From Squalus acanthias (lineage: Eukaryota), in contig CM059432.1 in assembly GCA_030390025.1 (NCBI GenBank), positions 94,676,001 to 94,740,000 of the forward strand: a DNA stretch of 64,000 bases, read 5' to 3'. Both the position numbers and the translations under genes were made by a program. How positions within the stretch are numbered: the stretch's first letter is position 1; each line of letters opens with the position of its first letter. Below are positions 37,779 to 49,678 of this stretch, piece after piece. The notes beneath the pieces are model-generated. The model was given only the letters and a program-made list of their open reading frames with translations. It was not told the origin of the DNA and ran no database searches.

Positions 37779-38732
37779 ATGGAGCAGGTGATGTGTTACT
37801 GTTGCGAGATGTGGGAGCCGATGGACCCCATTGAGGCTCACGGTGATTACATCTGTGACAAGTGTCTGCTGCTACAGGAACTCCAGCTCCGTGTTGATGA
37901 GCTGGAGTCTGAGCTTCAGATACTGCGACACATCAGGGAGGGGGAGAAGTACCTGGACTCTGTGTTTCAGAAGGTGGTCACACCTATGAAGTTAATTAAT
38001 TCAGATGTAGCCCATAGTCAGGGACAGGACGGTGTGACTACGAGTGAGGCAGGTACGGGGATCCAGGAGGTAGTGTTGGAGGAGCCGCATCCCTTGCTCT
38101 TGTCCAACAGGTTCGAGGTTCTTACTCCCTGTGGGGACGGGAGCAGGGACTGCAGGGAGGATGAGCAACCTGGCCACAGCACCGTGGAATGGGGGGCCAT
38201 TCAAGAGGGGGGAGTAAATAGAAATGTTGTAGTGGTAGGGGATAGTATTATTAGGAGGATAGATAGAGTTCTCTGCAGCCGAGAGCGAGAGTCCCGTAGG
38301 CTGTGTTGCCTGCCCGGTGCCAGGGTTAAGGACATCTCCTCTGGGCTGGAAAGAAACTTGCAGTGGGAGGGGGTGGATCCAGTTGTTGTGGTCCATGTTG
38401 ATACAAACGACGTAGATAGGACAAGGAAGCCGGTTCTGTTAAAGGAGTATGAGCAGCTAGGGGTCAAATTAAAAAACAGAACCTCAAGGGTAATAATCTC
38501 TGGATTATTACCTGAGCCACGAGCGAATTTGGCTAGGACAAATAAAATTAGAGAGTTAAATGAGTGGCTCAAAGACTGGTGTGGGAGAAATGGGTTTTGC
38601 TTCCTGGGACACTGGCACCAGTACTGGGGCAGGAGGGAGCTGTTCCGTTGGGACGGGCTTCACTTGGCCAGTGCTGGGACTAGAGTCCTGGCGGATCATA
38701 TAACTAGGGCTGTAGAGAGGGCTTTAAACTAA
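37779..38732 (+). CDS. CR1 ORF1p (zinc finger, coiled coil, SGNH esterase), intact 317 aa
   Basis: CYCCEMW..CDKC; LSNRFEVL; VVGDSIIR; CLPGARVKD; TNDV; DGLHL. Confidence 0.9.
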   Translation: MEQVMCYCCEMWEPMDPIEAHGDYICDKCLLLQELQLRVDELESELQILRHIREGEKYLDSVFQKVVTPMKLINSDVAHSQGQDGVTTSEAGTGIQEVVLEEPHPLLLSNRFEVLTPCGDGSRDCREDEQPGHSTVEWGAIQEGGVNRNVVVVGDSIIRRIDRVLCSRERESRRLCCLPGARVKDISSGLERNLQWEGVDPVVVVHVDTNDVDRTRKPVLLKEYEQLGVKLKNRTSRVIISGLLPEPRANLARTNKIRELNEWLKDWCGRNGFCFLGHWHQYWGRRELFRWDGLHLASAGTRVLADHITRAVERALN

Positions 38733-38770
38733 CTAGTGGGGGGGAGGTTCCTAGAGAGCAAATAATAAAA

Positions 38771-41700
38771 ATGACAACAGAGAAGGTCATAGACTTAGGT
38801 AGCAGTGGGGAAATTAAAAACCAGAGTGTGTCAGGAAGGGGCAGAAGGTATGGAGTAAAAGGTAAAGTAATAAAAAGGGCAAAAGCAGGAACTAAGTGTC
38901 ACAAAACATATTTGAAAGTTCTCTATCTGAATGCACGTAGCATTCGTAACAAAATAGACGAGTTAATGGCACAAATAACTACATATGGGTATGATCTTGT
39001 GGCCATTACAGAAACATGGCTGCAGGGTGACAATGCCTGGGAATTAAACATACCAGGTTATTTAACGATCAGGAAGGACAGGCAGGAAGGAAGGGGAGGT
39101 GGGGTGGCTATGTTAATAAAGGAAGGAATCACTGTAATACAGAGAAATGATATTGGGTCAAAAGATCAGGATAATGAAACAGTTTGGGTGGAGATAAGGA
39201 ATAATAAGGGGAAAAATACACTAGTGGGAGTAGTATATAGGCCTCCTAATAGTTGCAACTCTGCTGGAAGAAGTATTAATCAGGAAATAGTTGGGGCATG
39301 TAATAAGGGAACAGCTATAATTATGGGGGATTTTAACTATCATATTAACTGGACAAATCAAATTGGGCAGGGCAGCCTTGAGGAAGAGTTTATTGAATGG
39401 ATTTCTTGAGCAGTATGTAACTGATCCTACAAGGGGGCAAGCAACCTTGGACCTGGTCCTGTGTAATGAGTCAGGATTAATTAATAATGTCCTAGTTAAG
39501 GATCCCCTTGGAATGAGTGACAATAACATGGTTGAATTCCATATCCAATTAGAGGGTGAGAAGGTTGGTTCTCAAACAAGCGTACTGAGCTTGAATAAAG
39601 GAGACTATGATGGTATGAGAGTGGAATTGATTAAAGTGGACTGGGAAAATAGATTAAAGGGTAAGACGATACATGAGCAGTGGTGTTCATTTAAGGAGTT
39701 CTTTTACAACTTTCAAAAGAAATATATTCCACTGAGGTAAAAAGGGTGTAAAAGAAAAGACAGTCATCCGTGGCTAAGTAAAGAAATTAAGGATAGTATT
39801 CGACTAAAAACAAAAGCATATAAGGTAGCCAAATCTAGTGGGAGGATAGAAGATTGGGAAAACTTTAAAAGACAGCAAAAAATAACAAAAAGATTGATTA
39901 AGAAAGGGAAGATAGATTATGAAAGTAAATTAGCAAAAAATATAAAAACAGATAGTAAGAGTTTTAGGGGTAAAAATTCAGTTGGTTGCGCCTCCCGTTA
40001 GCGCCTTAAGAGGGCGCTAATGGGGCGCAAAGCCGCTAACGCCCGGGCGCAGCGATGTTTGCGCCGCTCGGGAACTTAACTTGACATTGTGCGGCGGCGC
40101 TAAAACTTACCGCTGCGACCACCTGCGCGCGCAGATTGTGATGTCATTCCATGGTGCAACGCCCTTGTGGCGCCCCGGCGCGGAAATTGAGTGGCGCCCC
40201 CTGCCTTACCGCCTGGCGCATCCAACGACCAGAAGACTGGAACGCTATCAATCGCTGTGGGGCTGGGGGGGGCGCTATTTAAAGGGGGCCTCTTCCTGTC
40301 TTTTATTGTTGGTGGCATTTTTGAACTACGCATTCTGAGAGAGAGAGGGAGAGACTTCTGGAGAGATTCAATGTTGTGTGAAGGAGTTTTGGGTACTGAG
40401 CAGCACTTTGCAGGTTCATTTTGATTTGCCATTCCTTGTATCGATTTAGCAGAGACTGTGGGAGCTGCACTCTGAGCTCTTTGCCTGGTACTCTCCATTG
40501 TTCTTTCCAGCACATTTGATGTGCAAGTCTCTCCAGGCCGAGATTCAAGGCTGCAATGAACAGGATGTGGATGGAAAGCAAGATTAACCATCCCCTTTAA
40601 GAACTGGCCCGTGCCATTGTGTGTGTGTTCCATTGCTGACTGACATTACATGAGCTTCGCCAGCGCTCTGAGTTAGCGCCTCACTGCTCGGCCTTTGCGC
40701 CTTAAGACAGGTGTGCAGCGCCTGCTTTAGCGCTCCACTCACCTCCCGGGGCGGTAAAAGTGAAGTTTCCAGTCAGTGCCGATAATTAGCGCCAGGCGCT
40801 AATATTTGCGTCCAGACGATATTTGCGCCCCAAATGGGGCGCGACCTAATTTCTACCCCTTATAGTTCTATAAAAAGAAAAAGGGTGGCTAAAGTAAATG
40901 TTGGTCCCTTAGAGGATGAGACCGGGAAATTAATGTGGGAAATATGGAGATGGCAAATACACTGAATGAATATTTTGTATCAGTCTTTACAGTAGAGGAC
41001 ACTAAGAATACCCCAACACTGGACAAACAGGGGGCTATAGGGGGGGAGGAGCTAAACACGATCAAAATCACTAAGGAAGTGGTACTCGGTAAAATAATGG
41101 GACTCAAGGCGGATAAATCACCTGGACCTGATGGCTTACATCCTAGGGTCTTGAGGGAAGTGGCGGTAGGGATTGTGGATGCATTGGTAATAATTTTCCA
41201 AAACTCCCTGGACTCAGCAAAGATCCCGGCAGACTGGAAAACTGCTAATGTAACACCCTTATTTAAAAAGGGCAGTAGACAGAAGGCTGGAAACTATAGA
41301 CCGGTTAGCCTAACATCTGTGGTAGGTAAAATTTTGGAGTCCATTATTAAGGAGACAGTAACGGGACATTTGGATAATCATAATTTAATAGGACAAAGTC
41401 AGCATGGTTTTATGAAGGGGAAGTCATGTTTGACAAATTTGCTGGAGTTCTTTGAGGAAGTAACATACAGGGTGGATAAAGGGGAACCAGTGGATGTGGT
41501 GTATTTAGACTTCCAAAAGGCATTTGACAAGGTGCCACACAAAAGATTATTGCTTAAGATAAAAAATCACGGGATTGGGGGTAATATTCTGGCATGGATA
41601 GAGGATTGGCTATCTAACAGAAGGCAGAGAGTTGGGATAAATGGTTCATTCTCAGACTGGCAATCAGTAACTAGTGGTGTTCCGCAGGGGTCAGTGCTGG

Positions 41701-42605
41701 GTCCCCAACTCTTTACAATCTATATTAACGATTTGGAGGAGGGGACCGAGTGTAACATATCAGAGTTTGCAGATGATACTAAGATGGGAGGGAAAGTACT
41801 GAGTGAGGAGGACATAAAAAATCTGCAAGGGGACATAGACAGGCTAAGTAAGTGGGCAGAGATTTGGCAGATGGAATACAATACTGGAAAGTGTGAGGTT
41901 ATGCACTTTGGCAGGAAAAATAGTAGAGCAAGTTATTATCTTAATGGCAAGAAATTGGAAAGTACTGAAGTACAAAGGGATCTGGGGATCCTGGTGCACG
42001 AAACTCAAAAGGTTAGTATGCAGGTGCAGCAAGTGATTAAGAAGGCAAATTGAATGTTGGCTTTCATTGCTAGGGGGATAGAATATAAAAATAGGGAGGT
42101 ATTGCTTCAGTTGTACAAGGTATTGGTGAGACCGCACCTGGAATACTGCATACAGTTTTGGTGTCCATACTTAAGAAAAGACATACTTGCTCTCAAGTCA
42201 GTACAAAGAAGGTTCACTCGGTTAATCCCGGGGATGAGGGGATGGACATATGAGGAGAGGTTGGGTAGATTGGGACTCTACTCATTGGAGTTCAGAAGAA
42301 TGAGAGGCGATCTTATTGAAACATATAAGATTGTGAAGGGGTTGGATCGGGTGGATGCGGGGAGGATGTTCCCGATGATGGGTGAAACTAGAACTAGGGG
42401 GCATAGTCTTAGAATAAGGGGCTGCTCTTTCAAAACTGAGATGAGAAGGAACTACTTCACTCAGAGGGTGGTAGGTCCATGGAATATGCTGCCCCAAAAA
42501 GCTGTAGAAGCTACATCATTATATAAATTTAAAACAGAAATAGACAGTTTCCTAGAAGTAAAGGGAATTAAGGGTTACGGGGAGCGGGCAGGAATTTGGA
42601 CATGA
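38771..42605 (+). pseudogene. CR1 ORF2 (APE + RT), disrupted
   Basis: YLNARSI, ITETWL, MGDFN, FADDTK; frameshift ~39405, stops at 39738 and 42051, MITE at 39967. Confidence 0.92.
39967..40859 (-). mobile_element. Harbinger MITE (family 4), 893 bp
   Basis: TIR GGGGTA(A/G)AAATT; TSD TTA; inverted near-identical copy at 46889. Confidence 0.93.
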
Positions 42606-42844
42606 GTCTAGGTTCGGATTGGTCATGGCCCTGTGGGTAGCGCAGCGGGCCCAGGGGCCATGTAGCCTGATCCTGCTCCTATTTCGTGTGTCCAATTCTG
42701 TTAGGTTCAGGAGATGGTTCTGTGATAGTAGATTGGTGGTTAGGATCAGATCAGCCATGATCTTATTGAATGGCGGAGCAGGCTCGAGGGGCCAATTGGC
42801 CTACTCCTGCTCCTATTTCTTATGTTCTTATGTTATGTTCTTAT

Positions 42845-45212
42845 GTTACTGGGCTAGTAATCCAAGTAGGCCTGCACTAATAATCTGGTAGATGTGAGTT
42901 CAAATCCCACCATGGTAGCTGGGGAATTTAAGTTCAGTTAATTCATTAAATCTGAAGGAAAAAGCTAGTATGACCAGGAAACTACCAGATTTGTCGTAAA
43001 AACCCTTCTGGTCCAATAATGTGAAATCTACCGTCCTTACTGGTCTGGCCTATATGTGACTCCAGACCTCACAGCAATGTGGTTGACTCTTAACTGCCCT
43101 CTGAAATGGCCCAGCAAGCCACTCAGTTGTAACAAACCGCTACAAGATACACTAATAAGAATAAAACCGGACAGACCACTAGGCACTGGCTTCGGACATG
43201 ACAAAGGCACAACCGGCCCAGTCGACGCTGCAAAGTCCTCCTCGCTAACATTTGGGGACTTGTGCCAACATTGGGAGAACTGTCATACTCACAGAATCAT
43301 ACTTTTCAGCCAATGTCCCAGACTCCTCCATCACCATCCCTGGGTATGTCCTGTCCCACCAGCAGGACAGACCCACCAGAGGTGGTATACAGTCGGGAGG
43401 GAGTGGCCCTGGTTGTCCTCAACATTGACTCTGGACCCCAAGAAGTCTGATGGCATCAGGTCAAACATGGGCAAGGAAACCTCCTGCTGATTACCACCTA
43501 CCACCCAACCTCAGCTGCTGAATCAGTACTCCTCCATGTTGAACACCACTTGGAAGAAGCACTGAGAGTAGCAAGGGCACAGAATTTACTCTGAGTGGAG
43601 GACTTCAATGTCCATCACCAAGAGTGGCTTGGTAGCACCATTACTGACCGAGCTGGCCGAGTCCTGAAGGACATAGCTGCCAGACTGGGTCTGCAGCAGG
43701 TGGTTATAGAACCAACACGAGGGAAAAACCTACTTGACCTCGTCCTCACCAATCTACCTGTCGCAGATGCATCTGTTCATGACAGTATTCGTAGCAGATG
43801 TAGCAAGCACAGTCCTTGTGGAGACAAAGTCCTGTCTTCACACTGAGGACATCCTCCATGGTGTTGTATGGCACTACCACCGTGCTAAATGGGATTGATT
43901 CAGAACAGATCTAGCAGCTCAAAGCTGGGCATCCATGAGGAGCTGTGGGCCATCAGCAGAACTGGATTCCACCACAATCTGTAACGTCATGGCCAGGCAA
44001 CCAACCTTGGTTCAATGAAGAGTGTAGAAGAGCATGCCGGGAGCAGCACCAGGCATACCTAAAAATGAGGGGCCAACCTGGGAAAGCAGCAACACAGCAC
44101 TACATTCATGCTAAACAACAGAAGCAGCATGCTATAGACAGAGCTAAGCAATCCCACAACCAACGGATCAGATCAAAGCACTGCAGTCCTGCCACATCCA
44201 GTCGTGAATGGTGGTGGACCATTAAACAACTAACGGGAGGAGGAGGCTCCATGAATTTCCCCATCCTCAATGAGGTAGAACCCAGCACACGAGTGCAAAA
44301 GACAAGGCTGAAGCGTTTGCAACTATCTTCAGCCAGAAGTGTCAAGTGGATGATCCATCTCGGCCTCCTCCTGAGGTCCCCACCATCACAGAAGCCAGTC
44401 TTCAGCCAATTTGATTCACTCCGCGTGATATCAAGAAACGGCTGAGCGCACTGGATACAGCAAAGGCTATGGGCCCTGACAACATCCCGGCTGTCGTGCT
44501 GAAGACTTGTGCTCCAGAACTAGCCGTGCCTCTAGCCAAGCTGTTCCAGTACAGCTACAACACTGGCATCTGACAATGTGGAAAACTGCCCAGGTATGTC
44601 CTGTCCAGAAAAAGCAGGACAAATCCAATCCGGCCAATTACCGCCCCATCAGTCTACTCTCAATAATCAGCAAAGTGATGGAAGGTGTTGTCGACAGTGC
44701 TATCAAGTGGCATTTACTTGCCAATAACCTGCTCACTGCTGCCCAGTTTGGGTTCCATCAGAACCACTTGGCTCCAGACCTCATTACAGCCTTGGTCCAA
44801 ACAGGGACAAAAGAGCTAAATTCCAGAGGTGAGGTGAGAGTGACTGCCCTTGACATCAAAGCGGCATTTGATCGAGTGTGGCATCAAGGAGCCCTAGTAA
44901 AATTTAAGTCAATGGGAATCAGGGGGAAAACTCTCCACTGGCTGGAGGCATACCTGGCACAAAGGAAGATGGTTGTGGTTGTTGGTGGTCAATCATCTCA
45001 GCCCCAGGACATCGCTGCAGGAGTTCCTCAGGGCAGTGTCCTAGGCTTAACCATCTTCAGCTGCTTCATCAATGACCTTCCCACCATCATAAGGTCAGAA
45101 GTGGGGTGTTCGCTGATGATTGCACAGTGTTCAGTTCCATTCACAACTCCTCAGATAATGAAGCAGTCCATGCCCACATGCAGCAAGACCTGGACGACAT
45201 TCAGGCTTGGGC
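42845..45212 (+). mobile_element. LINE (APE-RT, CR1/Jockey group) with a tRNA-like 5' head; first ~23 bp displaced to 37270-37292
   Basis: A-box CAGCATAGTGG (37278-37288), B-box GTTCAAATCC (42898-42907). Then KVLLANIWGL, DFNVHH, NYRPISLLS, ALDIKAAFDRV, GVPQGSVLG, FADD. Confidence 0.8.
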
Positions 45213-45811
45213 TACTCCTATTTCTTATGTTCTTATGTATGCTAATGGAGAGATGCCTTCTGAGCCTTTTCAAAGGCATTCTTACTTCCCCCCAACCTAA
45301 ATTTCACTTACATGCAATTTTCTGCTCCCACCATCTGCCCCCATCAGAATCTGCACCTTGAACTCAGCAAATTAACTAACTTTGGAAAATTAGGGAAAAA
45401 CAGTACTCTTCCATTGAGTCTATCTAAAACCTACCACTAGCCATTTGGATCTAAACTTCGCCTATATCAAAAAATCTAGGCTTGAGTGTCGGCAAACTGG
45501 GGACATCACAGCTAAGGCTGATTATATCCTATCCTCATCCAATAGTAACACAAGTATTATCATCCAGAATCACTGGACAGTGATCAGCACCTGGAACTCT
45601 AACTGAATTTTCACCTGCCCAGTCCAGGGAACATAGAGGGCAATTTACCTGGCTAACCTAGTCCAGATGTTAGTGCCCTCTGAAGTGGCCTAGCAAGCCA
45701 ATCAATTGTAAACAAACACTATGAAGTTCAATAATAAGAAAAAAAAATGTAACAGACTTATCAGCTTCTATCCATCCATCATATTAGGGCAAGACTCTAC
45801 CTAGTCTACCT

Positions 45812-48420
45812 AAATGAGTACTTTGCATCTGTCTTTACCAAGGAAGAAGATGCTGCCAAAGTCATAGTGAAAGAGGAGGTAGTTGAGATACTGGATGGGA
45901 TAAAAATTTATGAGGAGAAGGTACTAGAAAAGTTGGCTGTACTTAAAGTAGGTAAGTCACCAGGACCGGATGGGATGCATCTGAGGATGCTGAGGGAAGT
46001 AAAGGTGGAAATTGCAGAGGTACTGGCAATAATCTTCCAATCCTCCTTGGACACGGGGGTGGTGCCAGAGGACTGGAGAATTGCAGATGTTACACCCTTG
46101 TTCAAAAAAGGGTGTAAAGATAAACCCAGCAACTACAGGCCAGTCAGTTTAACCTCGGTAGTGGGGAAGCTTTTAGAAATGATAATCCGTGGCAAAATTA
46201 ACAGTCATTTAGACAAGTATGGATTAATTAAGGAAAGCCAGCATGGATTTGTTAAAGGCAAATCGTGTTTAACTAACTTGATTCAGTTTTTTGATGAGGT
46301 AACAGGGAGGGTTGATGAGTGCAATGTGGATGACGTGGTGTATGGACTTCCAAAAGGTGTTTGATAAAGTGCCACATAATAGGCTTGCCAGCAAAGTTGA
46401 TGCCCATGGAATAAAAGGGACAGTGGCAGCATGGATATGAAATTGGCTAAGTGACAGGAAACAGAGAGTAGTGGTGAACGGTTGTTTTTCGGACTGGAGG
46501 AAGGTATACAGTGGTGTTCCCCAAGGGTTGGTACTAGGACCACTGCTTTTCTTGATATATATTAATGACTTGGACTTGGGTGTACAGGGCACAATTTCAA
46601 AATTTGCAGATGACACAAAACTTGGAATTATAGTGAACAGTGAGGAGGATAGTGATAGACTTCAAGAGGACATATACAGGCTGGTGGAATGGGCGGACAC
46701 GTGGCAGATGAAATTTAACGCAGAAAAATGCGAAGTGATACATTTTGGTAGGAAGAACAAGGAGAGGCAATATAAACTAAAGGGTACAATCCTAAAGGGG
46801 ATGCATGAACAGAGAGACCTGGGGGTATATGTGCACAAATTGTTGAAGGTGGCAGGGCAGGTTAAGAAAGTGGTTAAAAAAACATATGGGGGTAAAAATT
46901 AGGTCGCGCCCCATTTGGGGCGCAAATATCGTCTGGACGCAAATATTAGCGCCTGGCGCTAATTATCGGCACTGACTGGAAACTTCACTTTTACCGCCCC
47001 GGGAGGTGAGTGGAGCGCTAAATCAGGCGCTGCACACCTGTCTTAAGGCGCAAAGGCCAAGGAGTGAGGCGCTAACTCAGAGCGCTGGCGAAGCTCATGT
47101 AATGTCAGTCAGCAATGGAACACACACACAATGGCACGGGCCAGTTCTTAAAGGGGATGGTTAATCTTGCTTTCCATCCACATCCTGTTCATTGCAGCCT
47201 TGAATCTCGGCCTGGAGAGATTTGCACATCAAATGTGCTGGAAAGAACAATGGAGAGTACCAGGCAAAGAGCTCAGAGTGCAGCTCCCACAGTCTCTGCT
47301 AAATCGATACAAGGAATGGCAAATCAAAATGAACCTGCAAAGTGCTGCTCAGTACCCAAAACTCCTTCACACAACGTTGAATCTCTCCAGAAGTCTCTCC
47401 CTCTCTCTCTCAGAATGCGTAGTTCAAAAATGCCACCAATAATAAAAGACAGGAAGAGGCCCCCTTTAAATAGCGTCCCCCCCAGCCCCACAGCGATTGA
47501 TAGCGTTCCAGTCTTCTGGTCGTTGGAAGCGCCAGGCGGTAAGGCAGGGGGCGCCACTCAATTTCCGCTCCGGGGCGCCACAAGGGCGTTGCACCATGGA
47601 ATGACGTCACAATCTGCGCGCGCAGGTGGTCGCAGCGGTAAGTTTTAGCGCCGCCGCACAATGTCAAGTTAAGTTCCCGAGCGGCGCAAACATCGCTGCG
47701 CCCGGGCGTTAGCGGCTTTGCGCCCCATTAGCGCCCTCTTAAGGCGCTAACGGGAGGCGCAACCAACTGAATTTTTACCCCATGGGATCCTGGGCTTCAT
47801 AAATAGAGGCATCGAGTATAAAAGCAAGGAAGTTATGATGAACCTTTATAAAACACTGGTTCGGCCTCAACTGGAGTATTGTGTCCAATTCTGGGCACTG
47901 CACTTTAGGAAGGATGTGAAGGCCTTATAGAGGGTACAGAAAAGATTTATAAGAATGATTCCAGGGATGAGGGACTTCAGTTACGTGGATAGACTGGAGA
48001 AGCTGGGGTTGTTCTCCTTAGAGCAGAGAAGGTTGAGAGGACATTTGATAGAGGTGTTCAAAATCATGAGGGGTCTAGACAGAGTAGATAGCGAGAAACT
48101 GTTCCTATTGGTGGAAGGGTCGAGAAACAGAGGACATAGATTTAAGGTGATTGGCAGAAGAACCAAAGGCGACATGAGGAAAAACTTTTTTACGCAGCGA
48201 GTGGTTAGGATCTGGAATTATCTGCCTGAAAGGGTGGTGGGGGCAGATTCAATTGTGGCTTTCAAAAGGGAATTGGATAAGTACCTGAAAGAAAAAAATT
48301 TGCAGGGCTACGGGGAAAGGGTGGAGGAGTGAGACTAGCTGAAGTGCTCTTGCAGAGAGCCAGTATGGACTCAACAGGCCAAATGGCCTCCTTCTGTGCT
48401 GTAACCATTCTATGATTCTA
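45812..48420 (+). mobile_element. CR1 LINE RT-to-3' fragment
   Basis: KSPGPDGMH..KFADDTK..GYGERV; ATTCTATG tail. Confidence 0.92.
46889..47781 (+). mobile_element. Harbinger MITE (family 4), 893 bp
   Basis: TIR GGGGTAAAAATT; TSD ATG; interrupts CR1 at KTYGILG. Confidence 0.93.
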
Positions 48421-48619
48421 GTCAATCTGTTAAGTCCTCCTCACTAAGGGGACTGGAACCCAGATTGGGAGAGCTGTCGCACAGATTAGTCAAGCTACAG
48501 CCTGACATAATCATACTCACGAAGCATATCTATCAGCCAACATCCCAGTCTCCTGCATCGCCATCCCTGGTTGTATCCTGTCCCACCAGCAGCTGGAACT
48601 GAGGGTACAGTGGTATACA

Positions 48620-49057
48620 AGAAAGAAAGAACTTGGATTTATATAGCGTCTTTCATGACCTCAGGACGTCCCAAAGCGCTTTATAGCTAATGAAGTACTT
48701 TTGAAGTGTAGTCACTGTTGTAATGTAGGAAACGTGTTAGTCAATTTGTACACAGCTAGGTGCCACAAACAGCAATGTTATAACGACCAGATAATCTGCT
48801 TTACTAAGTGATATTGGTTGAGGGATAACTATTGGCCAGGACACTAGGGAGAACTCCCCTGCTCTTCTTCGAAATAGTGCCATGGGATCTTTTACGTCCA
48901 CCTGAAAGTGCAGACGGGACCTCGGTTTAATGTCTCATCTGAAAGATGGCACTTCCAACAGTGCAGCACTCCCTCAGTACTGCACTGAAGTGCGAATTGA
49001 ACCCACAAGCTTCTGACTCAGAGGTAAGAGTGCTACCAACTGAGCCACGGCTGACAC
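48620..49057 (-). mobile_element. DeuSINE (SacSINE1-like)
   Basis: tRNA head ggtgtcagccgtggctcagttggtagc, Deu domain, L2-like tail with (TTTC)n. Confidence 0.85.
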
Positions 49058-49510
49058 CCATACTGGAGTACAGTCTGATGGGAATGGCCCTGGACGTCCT
49101 CAACATTGGCTCTGGACCTCATGAAGTCTAATGGCTTTAACTCAAACAAGACCAAAGAAACCTGCTGATCACTACCTACCACCACTTCCCCCCAGCTGAA
49201 GTGTAGATAGACTTGTCTGGAACGGCATGCCTTAGACTAAGGCACTAATCTAGTGAAGCTACAACACAAGGCTATTTGTATGCAAAATGGCTCCACAAAC
49301 ATCCCCATCTTTAACCATGGTTGAGCACGGCATGTGAGTACAGGAGACTAGCCTAAAGTGCCTGAAATTAATTTATGCCAAAAGTGCTAAGTAGATGATC
49401 CAATTTGGCCTCCTCCTCAAGTACCCACCATCATTGATACTAGTATCAATCCAGACAATTTGGTACACTTGACATGACGTTAAGAAGTGAGTGCGTGCAC
49501 TAGACACAGT

Positions 49511-49678
49511 GGGGGTAATTTTAACTTTGGCTGGTGGTGTAAATTGGCTGAATTGAAATAGCCACCTATTCTACACCACCCCAAATTTTCTTTCCATTGA
49601 AGTCAGGCAGGGTATATAATGGGTGGCAAATTCGATATCACCCAGTTTACACTATTGCCCAAAATTAAAATTATCCCC
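49511..49678. mobile_element. 168-bp palindromic Harbinger-type MITE
   Basis: TIR GGGG(G/A)TAATTTTAA(C/T)TTTGG; TSD AGT. Confidence 0.8.

Larger units (their letters stand above)
37293..42844 (+). mobile_element. Apparently full-length CR1 LINE
   Basis: 5' UTR, ORF1, APE-RT ORF2, 3' stem-loop and (TTCTTATG)n tail. Confidence 0.93.

Noticed and set aside
40100..40633. 177-aa ORF present in both family 4 MITEs (also 47115-47648)
   Set aside because: Conservation reflects recent duplication. There are six amino-acid differences between near-identical copies, no recognisable domain, and the ORF runs through subterminal promoter sequence.
30488..49678. Apparent targeting of MITEs to LINE coding sequence
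   Set aside because: LINEs occupy most of this interval and the insertion points differ, so chance plus the short target consensus is sufficient.
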